A stretch of DNA of 64,000 nt from Cyanophora paradoxa CCMP329 (lineage: Eukaryota; Plantae; Glaucophyta): the NCBI GenBank assembly GCA_004431415.1, contig QPMI01000457.1:186001-250000 (forward strand), read 5' to 3'. Below the pieces are notes generated by a model that was not told the DNA's origin, did no database searches, and saw only the letters and a list, made by a program, of their open reading frames with translations. Position numbers and translations under genes: made by a program. This document shows, piece after piece, positions 47,017 through 58,455 of the stretch; positions within the stretch are counted from its first letter, which is position 1; the number at the start of each line of letters is the position of its first letter.

Positions 47017-47415
47017 TCAAAACGGGAATCTATCATGTTTATGTCTCTCAGTCTTCTCAAATGTTAAGAAATTCATTGTTTTATCGATCTCATCTGCAAC
47101 TGCTTGTGTTTTATGCTGAGCTTCTTTACCACAACTGAATATATCAATTGCTAACATGCCTTCATTGGAATAACAATGAGCTGTGCAATGGCTTTCATCT
47201 AATAGCAGAACCAATGCAAAACCAGGAGGTGATAGTTTGCCATCAAATATCTCACAATGCTTATGAACAATCCTAATACCTTGTCTCAATACTGCTTGTT
47301 CAAGGGTTCCCATAATCCAATTACCTAGGAAGCTAACATGCTCATAACCTGTTGCTATAGCTGATTTAGCCTTGTAATCAAGCATAACATGAAAGCCTCT
47401 GTATTTAGTCTCCAT
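47017..47415 (-). CDS. speD: S-adenosylmethionine decarboxylase proenzyme (prokaryotic SpeD/SpeH class)
   Basis: GFHVMLD...GFALVLLLDESHCTAHCYSNEG..AIDIFSCG with ES autocleavage site. Confidence 0.88.
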   Translation of the reverse strand: METKYRGFHVMLDYKAKSAIATGYEHVSFLGNWIMGTLEQAVLRQGIRIVHKHCEIFDGKLSPPGFALVLLLDESHCTAHCYSNEGMLAIDIFSCGKEAQHKTQAVADEIDKTMNFLTFEKTERHKHDRFPF

Positions 47416-47438
47416 TAAGAATACCTTAGAAAAATTAA

Positions 47439-47711
47439 CTAGTCAAACCTAATGCAAATATCCCTATACTCTACTCTGATTGATGAAGTAGCTCTTTTCC
47501 TGTGTGCTTGACTCTTTCTTTTGTTACAGTCCCTGCAACCTGATCCCTTCACATGATTAAAGGGATAGGTAAGGATCACCTTATTACACTGCAAACATCT
47601 CACAGATACTTTCTCTTGAGCTTTGATGTAATGTGTCTCACTGTAATCGAATTTATCTTTACCATGAACTGTCATAGCAGCATCAATAAACTTTTTTGTT
47701 TTACTATCCAT
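47439..47711 (-). CDS. Small Zn-ribbon protein (DUF723-like homing-endonuclease DNA-binding repeat, no nuclease)
   Basis: FI..A..VHG.DKFDYS...Y..AQEKV.VRC..C......NHVKGSGC..C. Confidence 0.7.
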   Translation of the reverse strand: MDSKTKKFIDAAMTVHGKDKFDYSETHYIKAQEKVSVRCLQCNKVILTYPFNHVKGSGCRDCNKRKSQAHRKRATSSIRVEYRDICIRFD

Positions 47712-47733
47712 ACTCTATATATAACCAATATTC

Positions 47734-48570
47734 TTATGGAGCAGTATCCTGTCCAAAAATGGGGAAATATCGATTTGTGCCATAATACTCAGCATAGGTA
47801 TTCTGCCTTGCAATAAAATCGGTTCTCTCTGCAAACATCACACACTTGTAGATACCAAACTTGGTGGCTCTCACTAGAAACTGATAGTCTTCCAAACCGA
47901 AATTGACTCCATGATAAGCAATACCGAAATTATCATATGGGGTGATCACTACTGCAAAGTTGGGAGTTCCACCTTCAACTTGGCATACAGCATAAACATC
48001 TGGTGGAATATCCACAACTACCTTGTAGTGGTCACCAATCTCAACAAGAGAGTCTACTACTGCTGTTTGTTCATTCACAACAATTGGGAATATCTTGATT
48101 ATATAGGGAGCATTCATGCTGGGGACATAGGTTCGAATTCTTGTGTTGGGATCAATGGGATTGGGTTGATCATTCACAAATAGAGGCGCTCCAACAGCCC
48201 CACCAACCCTAAGACCATCACCAATATAAGCTCCCCCCGATTTGCAGTTAATAGCTCCCGACCTAGATTCAAAAGAATAAGTAGACAGAGGATCTCCATA
48301 GCTATCTGGGTCTCCATAATGAGCAGAAAAGTTTGCATTGGTAACAAGTAGCTTAGTTGTCTTAACTAATCCATTATTTTTATCACATCTGAGTTCCTGC
48401 AATCTCAGTTTGTGGGTGGAACCAAAGGTGTTCATTGTAGGTTGGACCTCTGTGGATGGGAGACCCTCTACATCATCAAATGTAGCATGCTGCAGAACAT
48501 GGTTTGCTGGGGCAGCTAATGATAGCTGTGGTGTTATAATTCGCTCTATTGGTGTGGGTGCCTCTGCCAT
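47734..48570 (-). CDS. ELRxDK-family structural-type protein
   Basis: LRLQELRCDKNNGLVKTTKLLVTNANF; ortholog of 28931-29767. Confidence 0.8.
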   Translation of the reverse strand: MAEAPTPIERIITPQLSLAAPANHVLQHATFDDVEGLPSTEVQPTMNTFGSTHKLRLQELRCDKNNGLVKTTKLLVTNANFSAHYGDPDSYGDPLSTYSFESRSGAINCKSGGAYIGDGLRVGGAVGAPLFVNDQPNPIDPNTRIRTYVPSMNAPYIIKIFPIVVNEQTAVVDSLVEIGDHYKVVVDIPPDVYAVCQVEGGTPNFAVVITPYDNFGIAYHGVNFGLEDYQFLVRATKFGIYKCVMFAERTDFIARQNTYAEYYGTNRYFPIFGQDTAP

Positions 48571-48593
48571 TTTACATTAAAGGGATATATCTT

Positions 48594-49439
48594 TTATGGG
48601 GTTGGGTCATCAATAATATCTGGCTCCATGTAAAACCCTGTAACTGAAAGAGTATCAGGAGTTACACCTCTAAGAGCTGATACAGCGGCTATATCTGTTC
48701 TCAAACCGATAAGAGTTATAGTATATAACCCAATATCTGTAACAAACAAGTCAAAGGTGAAATTATTATTATAAACACAGTAGCCATAACCGAAATGATT
48801 ATATCCCTGAACATTGAAATAGTATTTATGACCTACTTGATTGTTGTTGGCTCTACAAAGGGAAAGCATTGCAGATGGAATCGCAAGACCTCTCAGTACT
48901 CTTTTGGTTCCTTCAATTAATTCCGAGTTTTCAAGAGTAACAGTATATCCAATGTAAAATTGAATTAATGGCTGCTGTGCGACAGGAATATATAATCGAA
49001 TTCGTTGGGGGTCTTCCACATTTTGCTCTAGAGTATCTGGGACATCATTATACGAAATGGAGGATGAGAGTTGACCTGACACTCTGCAACCTCCCCCAAT
49101 AAATGCTCCTCCTGATCTCACAGTAACAGCAGCAGTATTCTTGTCGAAATCTAGGGCTTTCAGGGCAACACTGTAAGCATCAGGACCTCCATTTGTAGGC
49201 TGGAAGAAGTTAGCATTGGTGACAAGAAGTCGAGTTGTTTTAACCACACCAGAATTCTTATCAGCTCTCAGCTCTTTTACTCGAATAATCGAATTTTTAT
49301 CAAAGGAGTTACCATTGGAATTGGGTCTCTCTGTGGATTCTAAACCACGAACCTCATCATTTACTTCATGCTGGCGAAAATGCATTGCAGGGGATCCAAG
49401 GGAATATATAGGCAGTTGAACTCGATTATATTCACCCAT
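48594..49439 (-). CDS. ELRxDK-family structural-type protein
   Basis: IRVKELRADKNSGVVKTTRLLVTNANF; likely start MGEYNR at 49439 after a TAGTAAAAG motif. Confidence 0.8.
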   Translation of the reverse strand: MGEYNRVQLPIYSLGSPAMHFRQHEVNDEVRGLESTERPNSNGNSFDKNSIIRVKELRADKNSGVVKTTRLLVTNANFFQPTNGGPDAYSVALKALDFDKNTAAVTVRSGGAFIGGGCRVSGQLSSSISYNDVPDTLEQNVEDPQRIRLYIPVAQQPLIQFYIGYTVTLENSELIEGTKRVLRGLAIPSAMLSLCRANNNQVGHKYYFNVQGYNHFGYGYCVYNNNFTFDLFVTDIGLYTITLIGLRTDIAAVSALRGVTPDTLSVTGFYMEPDIIDDPTP

Positions 49440-49488
49440 TGCTTCTTTTACTAAGAAGGAAAGAAAAATAATGCGAAATATGCATTTA

Positions 49489-52400
49489 TTATGGGATTCC
49501 ATATGCTGTCCAATGGATTGTGCAAGTAATACTTCGACTTTCAGATAGAGTAGGGGATGCTATGAATGTCACATAAATTGTTGTATAGGTAGATGTGGAG
49601 TTTGAGATTCCAATTCTAAAATCTACATCCCCAGGGTTTGTTGCAGGAGTTCCTTCAAGTGTGGCAGTTACAACAGGTGTCTTAGTGTAAAAAGCAGGAT
49701 CCCAATTCAAAACCTGTGCATGCTGTGTTCTCTGACCTGCGCTTATAACACCACTTGTAGCCTGATATTTGCCTGATTTAAACCGCCTTTCCATATCATG
49801 CCATGAGGGGACTTGGCTAATTGTGTTGGTGGTTCCTGCATTCATTGCATAAAATGCCCTTGCATAAGCATTTCCTCTGCAGAGCAAGGTTTTATCATAG
49901 AAGTTTGCTGAATTGTGGAAGAACCAAGTTTCCTCATTTGTAGGCGATGCAGGGGCTACTATTTGACCTGATCCTACATACATAGTATTATTTGCAGTGA
50001 TTGTATTGGCTGTGAATGGGTCTAAACTTGGGAGATCTGTGATTTCTGATTTAGTATGAGTATGGGCGAAATCTGTAATATTTGCCTTTGTGTGAGTATG
50101 GGCAAAGTCGGTGATATCTGATTTAGTGTGAGAGTGAGGTCCGACAGTTGTAGAAGCTGTTGGTTTCCCATAAATGTTATCCCAATGCAAGAAGCCGCTA
50201 TGTGAGGATACAGTGGGGTTCTTGCTCCAACCTACAAGACCCACAAGATAAATCCTTCCTATTCGCCCTTGAACACCCACTTTACTCAGCCCTTCACAAT
50301 TCACTCCGACATATTGCCTATACTCTACACTTGGGTCACTACCAGGAGAATAAGCATTTACTCTCGAAAGTGTATAAGAATTCGTTGATGGATAAACTCC
50401 CACAACATCGAAGTATCTGCTATTATATTGACACACATAGAAGATATAGCATGTTTTCATTCCCGCAGGGACAGTCCATAACATCTTGTAGCCACTACAA
50501 TCTTCATCACCAGAAGCCCATGTGTTTGCTCCTGAGTAAGGAGATATAAATGTGAAAAATCTCCAATCGCCTGTGCGATCTGTTGAAAGACCATTTGTGG
50601 CATCAAAGTTGATGGGGGATGTGTATGTTGGTTTATTTATCAGATCATCGTAATTTCCTGTCGTTGCAACAGTTGCAAGATTAGGTCTATCTGTGATATT
50701 TGACCAAGCATGAGTATGGGTTGCAGGAGGGAATGTTAAAGGTTTATCTGTGATATTGTTCCATGCATGACTGTGAGTTTGAAGTGCAACACCCAATTCG
50801 GTTTCATCTATATAATTTTTGCTTTGCAGGTAATCGTCTGTGACCACACCTGAAAGGGTCTCGTTGTGCAGGTTTTTAGCCGCCATTCTCTGATTGGCTT
50901 CAATAGCCCCACCTGATAGCGTTTTAATCCAAGCGATCTCAGCTTTACTGTAATTATCAGTTGGTTGCCCAACAAGTGGAATATAATTGAGTTTATCCCG
51001 AGTGAAAACTATCTTAGGTCTTGATCCATCCAAGCTGCTTACATCTGTCACATTCACATGGACAGCTGCTGAGAAGTCTTGATAACCCGCAGGATTGGAG
51101 GGAACACCGAACCCATCCTTTGGAATATCGTTTTTGTAATAGCTTGTCACATAGATATTCGGGAAAGTGTCACCCGGGTTAACATACGCCATATCTTGCA
51201 CTCGGAATTGAGGCAAGCTTCGGACAAATAGAGGTCCTGTCATTGCACTGCCCGCATCAGCCCCTTTGAGGTGAACATAATGCTCATTCAAAATAGTTCT
51301 TTCCGCAATATTGCAGGATTTATAAAGGGAAACCCCCATATTCACAGGTTCGACCTTTGAGAATTCAGGTTGGTTATTGATCTCATCCCATGTATGCTCA
51401 TGGGTTGCAGGTGGGAATATTGAAGGTCTATCTGTGATATTCGACCAAGCATGAGTGTGGTTTTGTATCCATCCCTGCACCACATTGGATGTTGTGTAGT
51501 TTGGAATTATAGCGTTTGAACCTACTATTAAATTTTTAATGTGGACATAGTCAGAAGAAATTCGCAGATTTTCGGGATAATAAAGCGATTGCGTTTTTGG
51601 GAAGCCGTAATAATCCTGAATATAGTATCTCACCCTTTGCTTCTCTTCAAACGTTAATGCTCTATTGAAAATGATGTATTCGGCTATATCACCTATGAAA
51701 TAGTTAACACCCATCCTACTGAAAGTTGAAGGTGGAAGGTAATTTGTTCCTGTAAAGGTTCCTACATCTTGTCCTCTGATTCCAAAGGTTATAGCATTAG
51801 AAGTTATGGTGGTGTCCCAATAATTGGCTGAGTGTGAGGCATAGTTAGTATTTACTCTTGGAGCTGGGTAACTCACCCCATTGCTCGTAAATGAATACAA
51901 GCCAAATAATAAGGAGTTTACATAGCCAAACTCTATTTTATGGGTTCCATCAGGAGAACCAAAATCTAAATGAACTGTTTGCCAATTTGGTGCAGAGTAG
52001 TGACTACCTACATAGAACAGTGTCATGCCCTCTGACCAATCAACGGATACATTATAGTTAATGAATGCCGAGGCAGTATATCCACCTGACTTTCTTACTA
52101 CTTTTTGGTTGTTGAATAAAGGATTTGCTACGACAGCACCACTGCTCCCGAAAAATGGGAATGTTATCCCTGAAATAAACGGAACAGCTGATGTTGCCCT
52201 ATTGGGGATGAACTGTGACTGAGGATTTGTATTAACAGGAAGCCCATCCATTCTCATTGTTAAAAGGCATTTCGGTGTGGTTTTGGCAGGGTCAGTGTTG
52301 GAAGTAATGGGGTAATAGGGTGGATCATAGTAGACATCGATTTCTGTATTTCCGTCTCCTATTTTCAGCTTTCCCTTCACATTCAGGTTACATGTAACTG

Positions 52401-55400
52401 TAAGATTGCTACCAATCCAAGCGGATCCTGTGTTGCTACTGTTTATTGATTTCACTGTTCCATGCACATCCAAATTACTTGTGGTAAGATTGCTTGTTAT
52501 AATAAGATTTCCATCTATTGTTCCCCTGATTTTGGCAAGTAGTTGTTGAGCCACCCTAATGTAACATTACTACTTGTGAGAGGAGCCAAGAGTTCGTTTA
52601 ATGTAGCTGCACTCACCTTCGAGACAAGCCATCCCTGAACAGTATTTGAAGAGGTTAGAGGAGCTATTTGAGCATTCACAGTTGCTGTATCAGCCTTAGT
52701 AGCAAGCCATCCCTGAACTGTGTTAGAAGAGGTTAGAGGAGCTATCTGAGCATTCACAGTCGCTGTATCAGCCTTTGGAGCCAACCAACCCTGCACCACA
52801 TTGGACGTAGTGTAGTTTGGAATGGTAGCGTTTGAACTAACTATTATGTTCTCAATGTGAACATAATCAGCAGCGATTCGTAGATTGTCAGGATAATACA
52901 GTGATTGCGTTTTTGGAAAACCGTAATAATCCTGAATATAATATCTCACCCTTTGCTTCTCCTCAAACGACAAGGCTCTGTTGAAAATGATGTACTCGGC
53001 TACATCACCTATGAAATAGTCGACTCCCATTCGATTGAAAGTTGAAGCGGGAAGGTAATTTGTTCCTGTAAATGTTCCTACATCTTGTCCCCCAATACCA
53101 AAGGTTATAGCATTAGAAGTTATGGTGGTGTCCCAATAATTGGCTGAGTGTGAGGCATAGTTAGTATTTACTCTTGGAGCTGGGTAACTCACCCCATTGC
53201 TCGTAAATGAATACAAGCCAAATGATAAAGATGACACATACCCAAATGCTATTTTATGGTTTCCATCAGGAGAACCAAAATCTAAATGAACTGTTTGCCA
53301 ATTTGGTGCAGAGTAGTGACTACCTACATAGAACAGTGTCATGCCCTCTGACCAATCAACAGTCACAGAGTAGTTTATGAATGCCGCCGCAGTATACCCA
53401 CCTGACTTTCTTACCACTTTTCGGTTGTTCAATGCAGCATTAGCTGCAACAGTTCCACTACTTCCCCAAAATGGGAAAGTAATCCCTGAAATAAATGGCA
53501 CAGCTGCTGTCGCTCTATTGGGGATGAACTGATTGTAAGGATTTGTGTTAACAGGAAGCCCATCCATTCTCATTGTATAGAGGCATTTCGAAATGGTTGT
53601 AGCAGGGTCAGTGTTGGAATTAATTGGGTAGTAGGGTGTGTCATATGTCACATTCAATAGAGTTCCATAGGTTCCTAATTCGAAGTTGCTGGATACTTTC
53701 AGACTGCCTGCAATGGTGACATTATTACTTGTATAAATGTTACTTGTGTAAAGGTTGCTTGTGTAAATATTACTATTAACTGTCAGGTTTCCTGTGATTG
53801 TCCCACCCACCAGAGGAAGATACTTGGATAATTCGGCTGCAAGTTCATTTTTAGTTACATAATTTGCGAGCATAGCAAGGGTTACAAAATTAACAAGGAT
53901 TACTGCAGTAAGGTAATCCTCTGTGACCACTCTCGAAATATTTTCGTTGTGTATGTTTTTTGCAGCCATCCTCTGATTGGCTTCCAGAACCCCACCATAA
54001 TCTGTTTTAATCCATGCAAGCTCTGCCCTCCCATAATTATCATTTGCAGTTCCCACTATGGGAATGTAGGAATATTTATCTCTGCTGAATACTATCATTG
54101 GTCTTGAGCCATCTAAACTGCTTACATCTGCTACATGAACCTGTATAGCAGAGTTGAAATTTTGGTAGGTTGCTGGGTCTGTTGGGACTCTGAATGTATC
54201 TGTGGGAATGTCAGCCTCCATGTAGCTTGACACAAAGATATTTGGTATGGTCGCTCCTGGTTCAGGTGGTGGATTATAAGAGCCTGGTAGTGTCCTAATA
54301 TGAAGTGGTCCTCTCATAGCTGAATTTGCAAGTGTCCCATTCACATGTACATAGTGTTCATTCAAAAAGATTCTTTCTGGGACATTACAAGTCTGATAAA
54401 GAGAAACCCCCAAGTTATCAAGAGGCTCTACCTTTGCGAATTCTGGTTGGTCATTAATCTCATCCCAAGTGTGTTCATGTTTGATTGGTGGAAATTCTTC
54501 TGGTATTCCATCAATTTCTCCCCAATCATGCCTGTGGTCCTCTGGTGGATACTTTTGAGGTTTGCCTAAGATCTCATCCCAATCATGATTGTGATCCTCT
54601 GGGGGATACTTTGCAGGTTTATTATTAATTTGTTCATAATCAGGAAAGAACTCCCAGATCTCAGGTCGAAATCCATCTGGTAATAGTTCCTCATGGGGTT
54701 CATAAGGTTGCTCATAGTCAACAGCTGGTGGATCATGACCATCTGGCAAATACTCCTCATCAGGTTCATAGTTCTGCTCATACTCAAACTCTTGTGGATC
54801 TAAGCCATCTGGTAGTATCTCCTCCTCATTGGGGTCAAACTGATCATATTCATATTCTTGTGGGTCAAAACCATCTGGTAAATACTCTTCCTCATCTGGA
54901 ACGAATTGATATTCATCAAGCTCTAATATGTCGACTTCAGGAGGTAAATACTGCTCATCTATTTGCTTTCTGGGTTCAATTATAGGTTTATTGCGAACTT
55001 GCTCCCAACTCACAATATGCTGCCCAAAGGCTACATCTTCAGTTGCTGTGTACTCTCTGCCTGGTTGCTTTTTCGGTGTTAAATCCGGTGGATCCCATGG
55101 TAGTGGGAAGGGAACTGGGACAGGTCCATAATACTCAAAGATCTCTCTTATGGTCTTCTCACTTACAAGCTTCTCACCATTTGCATACACATTGCTGCCA
55201 TGGATATTTCGCCATTGCCTGGTTCGAATTCCAAGGTCTTTCACATTGCTATACAAAGGCAAAAGGTGCCTATCCATTTCAACAAGATCAGGATGTAAAT
55301 GGATTGCTACTGGTTGACTGGGGCTACTGTTGATTGTAATTGATGGCTTTTTTTGATGGACATCTTTTGGAGTAAAGAACCCAAAAGGCTCATTCCTTGC

Positions 55401-55904
55401 AAAGTCATATGTAATATCCTTGGGGTAGACATCATTTGTGTAGGAGACCTGATTTGTGTTGGCAATGGGACCCACTTGCAATACTTGGGGGACCTCAGCT
55501 TTTGCAGTGCTGCCCTCATTGTAAATTCGCAAACCTGTGTTCTGTTTGCCCTGCTCATCTTGAACATTGAAAATCAATCGACCACTATCAAACCTAGAAG
55601 GTATATCTGGGTGAGTGCCACTGGTTTTGAGTTTCCTAGGTCTCCTTCTTGTTGCTTTGATCTCTGCCACTTGGTTTGCTTTCACATTACCCAAGCTAAA
55701 AGCAACACTAACTTCCTCCTTATCTGGATCGGTTTGATTCACAGATAAAGCATGCTCCCTTGATTGAGTCTTTGATGAATTATCAGAGCTGTGGTCAATT
55801 GAAACTGAACCCTTTACTTTAATATTATCAAAGTTCACATGCTTGGTGCTGCTTGCATTATCATCTTGAATGGTTTCTAGATTTGGTGGGTAATTGAAGC
55901 TCAT
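49489..55904 (-). CDS. Giant (~2140 aa) fibre/spike protein of element C, two ORFs joined by a probable homopolymer frameshift at ~52523
   Basis: YLPKSG|GTIDGNL matches YLPLVGGTITGNL. Acidic repeats, HxWxEI and HTHTKSEITDF phage repeats, two LamG/ConA-like modules (GDIAEYIIFNRAL..EE..V..Y), H-lectin-like tip. Confidence 0.82.
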
Positions 55905-55947
55905 GGCTTTTACTATATGGATTTATAAAATTCCTGATAAGTAAAAG

Positions 55948-57504
55948 ATGCCCTTGAAAATCTGCCTGTCTTTATCAGGGGGAGGTGCAAGGGGCATTAT
56001 CATAACCAGGCTGCTAAAAGAAATCGAAAATCGAACTGGCAGGAGAATAATCGATCTTGTGGATCTTGTGAGTGGAACTTCCACTGGTGGGATCATTGCA
56101 ATAGGTTTGAATATAAGGCATCCTGATAAACCAGGTGAACCTAAACTGACAGCAAACGATTTACACAATATTTACCTAACTCAACTGCCCTTGATTTTCG
56201 CAAATCCTCGAAATATAATCGAAAATGCCCTTTTTAATACAAAGTATGATGTGGGACCCTTGGAGACTGCAATCAATTCAGTTACTGGTGAATCACTAAT
56301 ACAGGATTCCCTAAAGGACATTGTGATCACATCCTTTGATACTCAGAATATGAAACCAATATTTATCACAAATGACAACAATTACAACTTTATGCCTTGT
56401 AAGATTGCTGCTAGGGCTACTTCTGCTGCTCCTACATATTTCTCTCCTGTAAGCATTGTTGATTTCAATCGGGGAGTATATGTCTGTCTAATTGATGGTG
56501 CCATTTCGGGAAACAATAATCCCAGTGTGTGTGGTTACAGCCATGCAAAGAAAATTTACAGTGATGATGATGATATTATAGTAATAAGTATATCTTGTGG
56601 AGAGGTGGACCCACATTTAGAGTCTGATTATGTGGGTTATGCTTATGAGACTGTCAACAGCTGGGGCATTCTCTCATGGATTGCCTCAACAGATGGAAGC
56701 CCATTGATTAACATGCTCATGGCTGCAAGTGAGCTTTCTGCCCTTGATAAGATGGAGGAGTTGTTACCCTACAACTATGATCAGGATTATGGGAGATACT
56801 ATAGGCTATCAGTCCCACTTCCAAATCATATAGTAAGCTCCCTGGATGACACTTCTAAAATCCCAGACATGCTTGCATTCACTGAAACATACATTGCAGC
56901 AAACAATGATATGATTAATAAGCTTTGCAGCATTCTAGTAGCAAACTATGAATTAAAGAACCCTTCAAAGGCTTACATATCATCCACTCTCACTACATCA
57001 CCTCCTTTGGATGCAAATTGGTATCAGCTTGCAGATGATGCCTTCACTGCCTCATCCTCTGTGACAGGTAAAGAGCCTTTCATGGCTAGACCTTCAGCAT
57101 TTGGCTGGGAAGCTGGAGCCTATGCTCCTGAGCAGATATGGGAAACCCCCACTGAATACCTTCAAGTTGCTTTCCCATATACTTTCGAACTCTCCTCTGT
57201 TATTGCCTATGGTTCAGGGGACACCAATGCTTTTATTAAGACTTTCAATGTGGCAACATCCACTGATGGGATCAACTGGTCTTTTATTCGATCAGATGGG
57301 CAGAACAAAATATATGTCTGTGAGAACATTAACAATGCTCACAACTCAGGTGATGTTGCTTTATTGAGTGGATTTCCTCTCAGCATCAAGGATGCTTTTT
57401 ACATAGGTTTTTCTCTCAGAATCAAGTATATTCGCATTTATCCCCTTGTGTATGTGAATGCTCCCACAATGAGAGTGGACTTTACAGGTGCCTTTATTCG
57501 ATAA
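55948..57504 (+). CDS. Patatin-like phospholipase fused to discoidin (F5/8 type C) domain
   Basis: SGGGARG, GTSTGG, ATSAAPTYF, IDG..NNP; C-term ASSS..EYLQV..STDGINW..YIRIYP..MRVDF. Confidence 0.9.
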   Translation: MPLKICLSLSGGGARGIIITRLLKEIENRTGRRIIDLVDLVSGTSTGGIIAIGLNIRHPDKPGEPKLTANDLHNIYLTQLPLIFANPRNIIENALFNTKYDVGPLETAINSVTGESLIQDSLKDIVITSFDTQNMKPIFITNDNNYNFMPCKIAARATSAAPTYFSPVSIVDFNRGVYVCLIDGAISGNNNPSVCGYSHAKKIYSDDDDIIVISISCGEVDPHLESDYVGYAYETVNSWGILSWIASTDGSPLINMLMAASELSALDKMEELLPYNYDQDYGRYYRLSVPLPNHIVSSLDDTSKIPDMLAFTETYIAANNDMINKLCSILVANYELKNPSKAYISSTLTTSPPLDANWYQLADDAFTASSSVTGKEPFMARPSAFGWEAGAYAPEQIWETPTEYLQVAFPYTFELSSVIAYGSGDTNAFIKTFNVATSTDGINWSFIRSDGQNKIYVCENINNAHNSGDVALLSGFPLSIKDAFYIGFSLRIKYIRIYPLVYVNAPTMRVDFTGAFIR

Positions 57505-58426
57505 ACTCCAACTGAAAAGAATTGTCGATTCCATTCATATCAATCAGTTCACCAAAGTAATCTTTAAACTCCACAGTGAGTTCCCTTATCACCAGGTTTC
57601 TGTCATTTATCTGAATGAATTCGGCATGCTCACCACTATGGTAAACATAGCCGCCTATATCTTTACTCAATTGCAGTCTAAGGATTGCCCCCTGGTTATG
57701 TGGTTGCGATTTCGGGATTATATTGTGTCTGCTGGCAAAGGGGGACAGCTCTTTAATATGCATGTACAGATACTGCTCAGCATTCATATCAGACATCTTC
57801 CTGCTGTCAAAATAATATTGCAAGGGCTTTGAGGAGAGTCTGGGTCCTGAGAAGGTGATTCCCCATGCTGGGTGATCAGGTGTAATAGGTTTGCCATCAT
57901 ACTTTAAAAGGTTCTCAGGTCGATAGGGAGATCCACCAGCAGGAGGAGTGCTATAATAACCATTGGTGTATTCAGTAGAACTCACACCCAAAAGCTTCCC
58001 TATTCTCTGGTTGCTTGCAATAAAACGAAACTCATGGTTACTGTAAAACTCCACTTTATAGGTAGTTGGGTTATAGAATATCTTGAACTCAAAAGCTACT
58101 GTTTTGCCTGCAATGGTTTGGAAGCTTGAATAGTTCAGCCCATAATTATAAGGGTGTGTTACCCCAAAATGACCCTGGTTAATGTAGCCACTGGGAAGGG
58201 GATACACTTTCTGTGTGATGATTTCATTGTATGAACCATCTTGGTAATTAAACTGAACTGTTAGATGATCAGTTCCCACACTGTTATAGATACTGTTTGG
58301 AATCTCTGCATAGAGAACCCTACATTCCCTTGGTCTCTCTACTGGAGTTGTGAGGGTGACCCTGTAAGAGTTTTCATTTTGTCCTTGGCTTCTATCCCTG
58401 CTATCAATATTAACAAGCCGGTTCAT
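57494..58426 (-). CDS. Minor capsid (penton)-like protein 1, element C
   Basis: NIDSRDRS..SYRVTL..AEIPNSIYN; LTVEFKDYFGELIDMNGIDNSFQLEF. Confidence 0.82.
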   Translation of the reverse strand: MNRLVNIDSRDRSQGQNENSYRVTLTTPVERPRECRVLYAEIPNSIYNSVGTDHLTVQFNYQDGSYNEIITQKVYPLPSGYINQGHFGVTHPYNYGLNYSSFQTIAGKTVAFEFKIFYNPTTYKVEFYSNHEFRFIASNQRIGKLLGVSSTEYTNGYYSTPPAGGSPYRPENLLKYDGKPITPDHPAWGITFSGPRLSSKPLQYYFDSRKMSDMNAEQYLYMHIKELSPFASRHNIIPKSQPHNQGAILRLQLSKDIGGYVYHSGEHAEFIQINDRNLVIRELTVEFKDYFGELIDMNGIDNSFQLEFIE

Positions 58427-58455
58427 TTTAATATATGAATATAGATAAAAGAAGA

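Noticed and set aside
51470-53640. Diversity-generating retroelement (TR/VR) given RTs plus fibre repeats
   Set aside because: Both repeat copies are coding, differences are not evidently adenine-specific, and the RTs are DIRS- and LINE-type.
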